DNA of 32,000 nucleotides from Pyrobaculum calidifontis JCM 11548 (GTDB taxonomy: Archaea > Thermoproteota > Thermoprotei > Thermoproteales > Thermoproteaceae): positions 720,001 to 752,000 of the forward strand of contig NC_009073.1 of the NCBI RefSeq assembly GCF_000015805.1, in the 5' to 3' direction. The notes beneath the pieces are model-generated. The model was not told where the DNA came from. It saw only the letters and a program-made list of their open reading frames with translations, and did not search any database. Shown in pieces: positions 1 to 8,400 of this stretch. The position numbers were made by a program, and so were the translations under genes. Each line of letters starts with the position of its first letter. The stretch's first letter is position 1.

Positions 1-216
1 TCGCCGAGGGAGTTCGCTAGGCACATGGGCTACGTCAAGGTGTGGGTGAGATTCCCCGAATTCGACATGGACCAACGGCAAGGCGTCCACTGGCACCCCT
101 CAGTGGCGTATGTGACGGTGTACGCCGCGTCCAAGAGGTCCGCGGCGGCTCTTGCCGCATTGGGCGTGCCTCTCAGAGGCGCCAAGGCGGAGTTCGCCAT
201 GGAGGTAACGCCGTGA
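1..216 (+). CDS. 3' end of a hypothetical ORF entering from upstream of the window
   Basis: Frame 1 is open from nt 1 to TGA 214-216. The peptide (..GYVKVWVRFPEFDMDQRQGVHWHPSVAYVTVYAASKRSAAALAALGVPLRGAKAEFAMEVTP) is protein-like, whereas the overlapping frame-3 peptide of track ORF 42.. is Arg/Gly-rich here. The stop overlaps GTG 213-215 of the next ORF (GTGA). Confidence 0.4.
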   Translation, partial: SPREFARHMGYVKVWVRFPEFDMDQRQGVHWHPSVAYVTVYAASKRSAAALAALGVPLRGAKAEFAMEVTP

Positions 217-797
217 GTCGGGCCAATAGGCGCGCCGACCCCCTCCGCATAGCCCTTGAGAGGCTTAGGCGGGACTTCCCCGGGAAAAGCCGCTCTTGGA
301 TCAAAAGGGCTTTGTTGAGACTGCCGTATGTGCGTGAAGTAAGAGATGGCCTCTACGTCGTGGAGGGCGTGAGGGAGCTGGGGGATTGGAAGCCCCTCTA
401 CCAAGTGTGGTGGAGCGGGCGGGAGGGGCGTTGGGAGTGCACGTGTTATTATTCGACGTGGGGGTGGAGGAGGCGGAGGGGCATATGCACACACGTGGCC
501 TCTGTCCTCCTCTATCGCCGCTTCAAGAGGGCGGTGGAGGCAGTTGAGAACCGCCCCGTCTACTTCGCATCAGCTGAGGTGGAGTGTGTAAACGTGAAGG
601 TGAGGGGGTCGCTGGAGCACCGCATCACCCCCCTCGAGAAGGCTGGGTCGCTCCTCGACTTCGCCAGGGGGAGGCGGTATGTAGTTTACATAATCGCCGA
701 GGGGCCGTCTGCCGAGCTGTTGTGCGACGGGTCGCCGGTGGAGCTGGCGTGGGAGAGGCTCAGCCTAAAAGTGGCCAAGGCCCTCCTAGAGGGCTGA
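213..797 (+). CDS. SWIM-type zinc-finger protein (about 194 aa if the GTG 213 start is used)
   Basis: C-x-C-x(n)-C-x-H signature CTCYYSTWGWRRRRGICTH at nt 438-494. The frame is open to TGA 795-797. GTG 213 is preferred over track start 42 because it gives a GTGA overlap with the upstream ORF and avoids a 170-nt two-frame overlap. Confidence 0.65.
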   Translation: MSRANRRADPLRIALERLRRDFPGKSRSWIKRALLRLPYVREVRDGLYVVEGVRELGDWKPLYQVWWSGREGRWECTCYYSTWGWRRRRGICTHVASVLLYRRFKRAVEAVENRPVYFASAEVECVNVKVRGSLEHRITPLEKAGSLLDFARGRRYVVYIIAEGPSAELLCDGSPVELAWERLSLKVAKALLEG

Positions 798-830
798 GGC
801 GCCCCTAGAAGACGGTCGGCGCCTTTTCCC
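798..830 (+). terminator. Possible terminator: GC hairpin followed by a T-run
   Basis: Self-complementary GGCGCC at 798-803 and 818-823 (14-nt loop, extendable by A797:T824) is immediately followed by TTTT (824-827), just after the SWIM ORF stop. Archaeal termination depends mainly on oligo-T, so this is weak. Confidence 0.3.
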
Positions 831-1019
831 GCAGTCCTCACATAGGCTTTCTCCAGACGCCTTTCTCCCTCGACGTCTTTTCCCACGGCCCTTGCGCCGT
901 CTCTCTTCGACGTATTCTCCCGCAGTTTTTACGCCGTGTTTACGTAGCGTGTGTCCACTATTGTTCTTCTGAGGCTTTCAGGGGCGTTGGGTTTTTCCCC
1001 TTCGGCGTAGGCCACTCCC
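824..1019 (+). promoter_or_regulatory. Upstream non-coding region of the giant-gene operon with pyrimidine-rich direct repeats
   Basis: TTTTCCCGCAGT (824-835) and TTCTCCCGCAGT (915-926) match 11/12 and are 91 bp apart. TCGACGT+YTTYTCCC occurs at 870-884 and 907-921. Further YTTYTCCC-like copies lie at 862-869 and 992-1000. The T-rich box GTTTTTCC (991-998) sits 22-29 nt before ATG 1020. Confidence 0.35.
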
Positions 1020-1481
1020 ATGCCCAAACCCGCGTTTGCGGCAGTGGCGCTGGCCGCGCTTGTGCTGGCACAGCTCGCAGTGGCGCAGGCCACAACTACG
1101 CCTGCCAGCGGCGGCGGTGGCGGCGGCGTTACCAGCGTGGAGTTTTGGCAGAACATCGCCTCTGGCGTGGGGAAGTGGCTTAGGGCAATATTCGCCATCG
1201 CCTTCTGGTCTTCTCTCATCTTGTTGACCTTCTACGCCATTATGACCCAAGTGGCGCCCTCCAAGGTCTTCCGGCTGGGCGCATTGGTGGACCTCATCGA
1301 GAGCGTGAAGACTGTGTTGTTAGGCATCTTCGTCTTCACAGCCTCCGTCACCGGCATTATCGCAGGCGTGGCGGCCATAGCCAACGCCTTCGGCGCCTCC
1401 TTCGGAGTATCGCCAATCGACGTAGTAAACGCCCTCATATTCCAGCCAATAGTAGACATGGTAAAAGTGGTAACTGGGTAG
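1020..1481 (+). CDS. Secreted small membrane protein, 153 aa: signal peptide plus two long hydrophobic helices (VirB2/TrbC/TedC-type pilin-like architecture; hypothesis)
   Basis: MPKP n-region, then an 18-residue Ala/Leu/Val h-region ending AQA|TTT (A-x-A cleavage-type site, aa 22-24). Gly6 run at nt 1110-1127. Helices LRAIFAIAFWSSLILLTFYAIM and VKTVLLGIFVFTASVTGIIAGVAAIANAF are joined by the basic loop APSKVFRLG. The next ORF starts 4 nt after the stop. Confidence 0.75.
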   Translation: MPKPAFAAVALAALVLAQLAVAQATTTPASGGGGGGVTSVEFWQNIASGVGKWLRAIFAIAFWSSLILLTFYAIMTQVAPSKVFRLGALVDLIESVKTVLLGIFVFTASVTGIIAGVAAIANAFGASFGVSPIDVVNALIFQPIVDMVKVVTG

Positions 1482-1485
1482 GGCA

Positions 1486-2418
1486 ATGACGCTTACCTCA
1501 AACACGCCCCTTTTTTCCACCTCTCCTTCCCTCTCCTCGCCTACTCCCTCGCCCTCCCTAGCCCTCTTCCTCCCCTCCACAGGCATACCAGTGCTGGACG
1601 TGGGGCTGGCTGTGCTGGGGGCCATGGCCACATACGGCGCAATTCTCTGGCTCATGGGGGTTAGGCGCCTTAGGGAGGAGGCTGTGGACGCCTTTCTACA
1701 CGCCATATTCGGCGCGGCGCTGTTCGCAGTGGCCCTCGTCATTGGGAACTTGGCGGTGCAGGCCGCTTCGGCCTACTACGACTATGCCAATGTAAGCAAA
1801 TTGTGCTTCAACCTCGCCGGCCAGCCGAGCTTGCTCGACGACTATAGGCGCTGGATTAACGCCACTATGAGGTGCGCCGCGGGCAACTTCTCAAGGTACG
1901 CAGACGCCGCCGCGGCCACACTGTCTGACATGTTCACCGGCGTGGCTGTGCTCGGCTTGCTCCCCGTGGTTCAGCAGTTCGCCTTCTCCTTCATGCAGAT
2001 CCTCTTCGCCGCGGCCACAGCCGCCACTTCGCTCATGGCCGCCTCCATAGCCGCCACGGTGGCAGGCTGGCTTTTGGGAAACGTAGCCGGCATGTACCTC
2101 CTAATGCTGGCCGCCATAGCCGTAACCCACGAGAGGACGAGGGTGCTGGGGGCAATAGTGCTGGGAGTGGCAACGGCGGCGCCGGCCCTCGTGACGTTGG
2201 CAGACACGCTGGTGGCGAAGTGGCCACCCGACAGCGTCAGACTCACCGGCTGGCACCACATTGTGACGTTCTGGGACTGGGGCGCCGTCGTCGACAAGGC
2301 CAAGGCCATATACGAGGCCGCCGTGACGGCGGGCATCGGCCTGTCGGTGTTTATCGCCGTTGCGGCCGCAGTGGCGTACCTCTTCTCAAGGGTGCCCCAC
2401 GCCATTGGGGTTGAATGA
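1486..2418 (+). CDS. Polytopic integral membrane protein, 310 aa (about 6-7 TM helices; VirB6/TrbL/CedA-like in architecture only)
   Basis: Ser/Thr/Pro-rich N-terminus and multiple 20+ residue hydrophobic segments. One hydrophilic loop (aa about 95-150) carries 2 Cys and all 3 N-x-S/T sequons of the protein (NVS, NAT, NFS). The stop TGA 2416-2418 overlaps ATG 2415-2417 of the giant ORF (ATGA). Confidence 0.7.
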   Translation: MTLTSNTPLFSTSPSLSSPTPSPSLALFLPSTGIPVLDVGLAVLGAMATYGAILWLMGVRRLREEAVDAFLHAIFGAALFAVALVIGNLAVQAASAYYDYANVSKLCFNLAGQPSLLDDYRRWINATMRCAAGNFSRYADAAAATLSDMFTGVAVLGLLPVVQQFAFSFMQILFAAATAATSLMAASIAATVAGWLLGNVAGMYLLMLAAIAVTHERTRVLGAIVLGVATAAPALVTLADTLVAKWPPDSVRLTGWHHIVTFWDWGAVVDKAKAIYEAAVTAGIGLSVFIAVAAAVAYLFSRVPHAIGVE

Positions 2419-5400
2419 CCTGTGGCCCGGCGCCCCCGGCCCCGCCCGCCCCGGGGGACCTCCTATGGTGGATAGTCGCCGCCGCGGGGTTCTACTCCTT
2501 CCTGAGGGCTTGGGCTAGGCGGGAGTGGGACTGGTTTCGCCCCATCCTAGGCGCACTGATCGCCATAGTCGTAACGCCCGCCGTGATAAACTTCGTAATT
2601 GGGGGACTGTTCGGCCACCCCACCCCCCTCTACTCGGTAGAGGGCTTCACCCTCGTTCTACCCTCGCTGGAGGCCCTTGAGCGAAACGCCGCACTGACCT
2701 GCGCCGCATACGACGCACTCGCAGAAGCGGCCAAGGCTCTGGCTAACGCATACGGCTACGTCACAGCCGCCACGGCGGCCATAGGCGTTTTGATGACGGC
2801 CATATTCGTCATGGCCGTCTTCACTGGCGCGGGGGTGGCGGCCGCCGTCCCCATCCTCTGGTCGATGTACAAGGCCTACAATGTGGCCAGCGGCGTCCAC
2901 GAGGTTCTCCTGTCCTTCTTCACCATCACCTTCTCCTTCATGGCCATCGTGGGGGTGCTTAAGCACTTGGCCCAGATAGCCCTCTGGTCGCCGTGGCTGA
3001 TCACCTTCGGCGTGGCGGCGCTGTCAGTGCCTAGGCTGAGGGGGATTGGAGCCCTATTCGTGTCGCTGGCCGTCATCTCAATAGTCGTGTCGTATGTGGC
3101 TGGCGCCTATGCCGCAGACGCCTACGCAACGGCGCAGTGGGCCCAAGCCATTGCAAAATGGGCCCTCGACCTCTCAAAAGAGTGGCAGACCGAGCAGAAT
3201 CTAACGGCCGGCGGCTCACCCGCCTACGTCTACATGCAGCCCGCCCTCTGGATAGGGCATTATAACAACACCTTTTCGACGAGGGCGTTGGAGGGCCTCT
3301 ACCAAGACCTCGTCAAAGACCCAGTCCTGGGCAATAACACGAGGGCCGCCGAGGCTTGGCGTAGGGCGCTGGAGGCGTGGAAGTTCGCCTACAACACGAC
3401 CATCCTGGCCCGAAACGTAACTAACGCCCCCCTCTACGGCGGCCTCGTCGCCGCCGTTGAGTATGGGAATAAGACCTGGTTCTTCAAGAGGGGCAACGCG
3501 ACAGACGAGTTGAAGGCCCTCGTGGTGTGGCTCGACATGGACGTCCATGTCTCAAACGCCAGCCTGTGCTCCATGGGCATGCTGGCCCCCGCAGAGAAGG
3601 CTCTCCTAGACCGATTCCTCCAGCGCAGGCCTGACAAGAGGGGCGAGTTTGAGACGTTGAACGAGACGGCGCACCGCCTCTGCCGCTACCTAGAGCGGAG
3701 CGGCTTGTTGCAGACGTGGGTTCTGACGTGGGATGGGGCGTTTAGGCGGCTTGTCCAGCCCTACACCTACAACGTGACTTACCACGTTGGCTTTCAAGCG
3801 GGCTCAGCCTACGGCGTCGCCGGCGCTTGGGGCTGGGTTGTTCCGCCGGAGGGGGAGAAGTGCTACGACGCCGATGGGAAAGAGGGCGGCTGCGGCTCGC
3901 TACTGGCCTCCCTCAAGCCTGGCCTCTACAAGTACGACGCGGCGGCTGGGCAGTGGGCCGCCAAGATAGACCCGTTGCCAGGCGCCGTGAAGTCTGTGTG
4001 GAACTTCACTGTGAGGGAGGCGGCCGACTCTTTCTACGTCAGCAAGTCTGTGGACCTCTACCACTACACCGAGTACTGCCGCTGGTGCGCCCAGTGGGTC
4101 AACGGCACGTGCGTAGACTGGCGACTGTCGTGGCGGGACTGGTACGAGAGGTATAGAGTCGACTGGAACTACACCACCCGCTACTACAACGCCACCGTCG
4201 CATGGGTAGACAAGCCGTGGAGGCCCAGCCACCTCGCCCACCCCTCCTCCAAGGTGGTGCAAGTGCCTTGGACTGAAGCCATCGCCGTCGTGGTAAAGTG
4301 GCGGGAGGCCGGGCCTTGGTGGCCTGACCAGCCGGGCAACTACTGCGCAAACTGGTGGACCACTGCGCCGGACGTCTACAAGGTGGTGACGGTGTTTCAC
4401 ACGCCCCGCCAGCCGGCCGTCGGCTACGTGTACGGCTGGGCTTGGCTGTCGAGGGCAGACGTGGCGTACGCCTACAACTCCACCACCCTCATTGGACAAA
4501 TCTCCTCTAGTCCTCAGGAGGACGTGTGGATGGAAGGCGCAGTGCAGTCGGCCTACTGCGCACTGGCCATGGACCGCTACCCGTACTGGGCTGTTGACAA
4601 CGCCACGCTGAGATACGCCATTGGCAATTTGACTGCTATAAACCGCAGGGCCCTCGCCGCCGGCGTTACGTACAACAACCTCACGGCTAGGTGGTGGCAA
4701 CTGCGCCACATCGACGAGGCCTTCCAAAAGCTTGAGGCAGACGTCCAGAGGGCCATGAACTCCCCCGACCCAGAGGAGAGGAGAGACGCCCAGGTGGTGT
4801 GGAACTTGGTACAGTTCTACCGCCGAATGGCGCAGATAGACGTGGGACAGCTGGCCTTCCTCCCGCCGCCCCACGAGGAGCCGGAGGGCTACCAGCTACA
4901 CCAATACCACGTGGTGTGCATCAACTTCCACTGGAAGGCCAAGACCGCCGTAAACGGCACCACGAGGATGGAGCCCGCCGCCCTTTGGACCATCGGGGCC
5001 ACCGGCTTCCCCTTGGGCTACACAAACCTAACCGACTTCTTGATTGGGAGGCTGGCGGACTTCTACGCCCGCCTCTTTAGGAAGGGCTTTCCTCCCCCGC
5101 CCAAGAACGTCACTCTCGTGGCGTGGCTTGGGGACAGGCGCTTCGAGGTAAGGGGCTACACCCGCTTTGCCGCCGGCGGGGAGTGGTGGTGGGACGGCTC
5201 GCCGCTGCCCTACACCCCCGTCGATTATAACAAGACGGGCGCGCTTCCGGCGTCTGTGTGGGGCTTCCCCATCTACGACATATACGGCGTTGTTTTTCAA
5301 GCCCTCGTCCTAATGGCCTCGATTGCTGGTGAAGCGTGGGCTAGGATGGTGGCGGGCAGCCTATACGCTTTGGGCGCTCTTGAGGCCCTCGGCCACCTCT

Positions 5401-8400
5401 TTGGCTTTCCCACGCCGGTTCGCCTCATCTACCCACTGGTGCTAGACATTATCTCCCAGCTGGGCTACTGGCTTATGATACGCGTGGCGATTAGGGCCAA
5501 GCTCGTGGCGAGGCTTCTGAGGCCAGTGAAGGTCTACATTGATAGGGCGGGCAGGGCCGTCGCCTCTAAGATACCTCCCGCCCCAGAGTGGCTTAGGCGC
5601 GCCTTTGGCTGGTATGTGAGACACGAGCCCACGCCGCTGAGGGTGGTCAGAGTGCACATGCTCAGCGCGGTTGAGCAAGTGAAGAGGAGGTTCTGGGAGG
5701 AGCTGCGGAAAAGGCTTAGGGAGCTTGAGAGAGGGCGAATACGCGGAGAGGAGCTGGAAGAGGCGGCGCGGGAAGCCGCCAGATCGGCCGCTGAAGGTGC
5801 GAAGCAGGCGGCAAAAGAGGCCGTCAAGAGGACGTGGTACGTCCTCCAATCCCACGACGTGGTTGAGTTTGCTAGGAGGGTGTCGGGGAGGGCCGACGCC
5901 TTCTTCCGCACCATGGAGGAGAAGCTCATTGAGGCACATCCAGCCATCGCCGTTCTTCTGGCCCTCTACAGGGGGCCCTACGGGGTATTCGCCATCGTAT
6001 CCGAGGGCGCAATTAGGTGGCTTCTGCGGACTGGCCGAATCACCGCGCAGGAGGCTGAGGAGCTTAGGCGGCTTAGACACCTCTTCTGGGCCATGGCGGC
6101 AGAGTCCCGAGCCAGGGCAGTGGCGATGGAGAGGCCCAATGAAGAGGCGTTGAAGCACTACTTTGAGCATAGGGAGAAGGTGTTGCGCGTCGTCTTATCG
6201 ACGGTTGAGCAGATCAAGGAGGCTAAATCAAAAGAGGAAATAGAGAGAGCTTTGTACAGCGCCGCAGAGCACCTGGCCAGAATCGACCTAAAGGCCGTCG
6301 AGCGTGTGAGAGAGGCCTTTGAGCTGGCGGCCTTCGGCAGGAGGGTCGGCATCGGCACCACGGCCAAGCTGGCCGAAGCGCTGTGGGAAAAGCGCGTTGG
6401 GATTGAGGCCGTGGTGGAGAGGGCCAAGGAGCTACTGCGGATGCACTACGAGAGTGCTCCTCTCTCCTACGAGGAGTTGAGACATGCGGCACTAATGCGG
6501 CAGATCGTGTTAGTCAAGCCGCTCTACGCCGCCCTCGCAGAGGCTAGGCTGTACGCCGCAGAGGGCGGGGTTGAGCAGGCTAAGAGGGCATATGAGGCGT
6601 TGAAAGCCGTAAAGCCCTTTGAGCGCTTCGGCGAAGTGCAGTTGAGGGAGCTTAGGTCGATGGCGAAGAGGGCCCTCTCCCTCGAAAGGAAGTTGACAGA
6701 GGTGGAGAGGGAGATCGCAAGGGTGAGGGAGCTTTTACCGACGGCGGATGGGCAGAGGGCCGCCCTTGAGGCCCAGCTCGCAAAGCTTGAGGCCCAGAGG
6801 GCCCACATCGCCGAGAGACTAAGGGAGCTGAGGGCCCGCATACGCGTAGAGGCTGGTGAAGCAATTGAGCGCATTGCCAGAACATACCGCGGCTTCTTGG
6901 AGGACGTTAGGCGTGAAGTAGATCCAGCGTTTAGGCGGCTTAGAGACGCCCTCGTGGCGGCTGAGGTTAGGCCTAGGCTAGTCGAGGAGCTCACAAACGC
7001 CGTCAAGCGGCACGAGGAGGTGATAAGGGGGGAGGCGGCGAGGTGGAGCGAGGCAGTGCAGAGGCTAGAGAGGGCCCTCTCCACGGAGATTACTGAAGAA
7101 GACATAAGGCTGGCCAAATCGCTAGGCCTCCACCGCCTGGCAGAATACCTTGAGTACGTGAGAGAGGTTAGGGCGGCTGATGCCGCGGCTTCTCAGCCGC
7201 TGGCCGACGTCAAGGTCAAGCTGGAGAGGGCTGAGGAGGTGGTTAGAAAGCTGGCGGAGGGGAAGGCGGATAGAGCACTGGCAGAGGCGGCTGAGGCCCT
7301 TGGCCTCAAGCGAGTTAAGGCATATGCAGAGGAGCAGATCAAGTGGAGGGCGGGGGAGCCCCTCACGACGTCGTTGCTGGACGCCCTAGAGGAGGCCAGG
7401 CGCTACGCAGACGCCCTTGCCAAGGCTGGGAGGGCGTTGTCGCAGTGGCGCTCCCTTGACGTGGCCGAGCTGAGAGAGGCGGCAAAGGCCGCTAGGGAGG
7501 TGGGCCTTGAGCAGGCGGCCAAGGCCATTGAGCGCTTTGTGGAACTCAAGCAGAGGCAGGTGTCAGACACTGCGCTGGGCGAGCTTTCCAAGGCAAAGGC
7601 CGTGGCAGAGGGCTTGAAGGCGTTGTTGGAGGGCCGCCTCCTTGAGCGGCTGGCCGAGGTAAAGGCCGCCGCTGAGGCCCTAGGCCTAAAGGACGTTGAA
7701 AAAGCCGTTGTAAGGCTTTCGGCCGTCTCGCACGTCGAAAGCCTGGAAGAGGCGTACCGCGCGCTTAAGGCTCAGTTCGAAAGAGAGGGGAGAGACACGT
7801 CGCGCCTCGACGAGGCTTATCAGAGGCTGAAGAAAGTGTCGGAGGACCTGGCCAAGGCGAAGGAGGACGTCAAGGCCGCCGTTAAGAAGTACAAAGAGGT
7901 AATCAGGCGTGAGGCGGTTAGGTGGGGCGAGGGCGTCCATCAGTTGAAGGCCCTCTTCGAGTCTCAGATGTCTGCCGAAGACGCCCTAAAGGGCGTTGAA
8001 GTTGCAAAGGCGCTGGGCCTCAGGCGCGTTGAGAGGTTCTTGGAGGAGTATGTAAAATACATACCGAAGAGGGAGGAGTACTCAGTTGCGGCGACGGCGG
8101 TTAAGGCGGCTAGAGAGAAGGCCCTCTCCGTTGAACCGTTCGCCAGGAGGGAGCTGGAGGAGGCCGTGGCAAAGGCCTCCTCGGCGGAGAAATTGTTGAC
8201 GTCACTGTGCGAGTTGTACAACGTCGGTGCCGAAGAGGCGAAGCGTCTCTCCGAGTTGGCAAAGGGCGTTGGGCTTGGGGGGGCGGCGCAGTTCTTCGCC
8301 GAGTGGGGCAAGGTGGCTAAGGAGGCGTCTGAGAGGAGGGAGTTTGAGGCTCTCTCGAGGCTGGCTAAAGGCTTGGCGAAGGGCCGTCTGGCTGAGGAGG

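Noticed and set aside
42-212. Track start (GTG 42) giving a 251-aa SWIM protein
   Set aside because: The extension is Arg/Gly-rich and overlaps the more protein-like frame-1 ORF that ends at 216. GTG 213 gives a typical GTGA coupling.
686-886. 66-aa minus-strand ORF spanning the SWIM 3' end and the intergenic repeats; also minus ORFs 929-1219 and 978-1250
   Set aside because: They are low-complexity products antisense to well-supported genes or the signal-peptide region. No promoter-like element is appropriately placed.
3900-4874. 324-aa minus-strand ORF, with many other 60-270-aa antisense or alternative-frame ORFs inside 2415-17591 (for example 5442-6170, 6524-7117, 11270-11794, 14924-15736)
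   Set aside because: They are shadow ORFs of a GC-rich coding region. Their products are Arg/Pro/Gly/Ser-rich low-complexity strings, and all lie wholly within the uninterrupted 5,058-codon frame.
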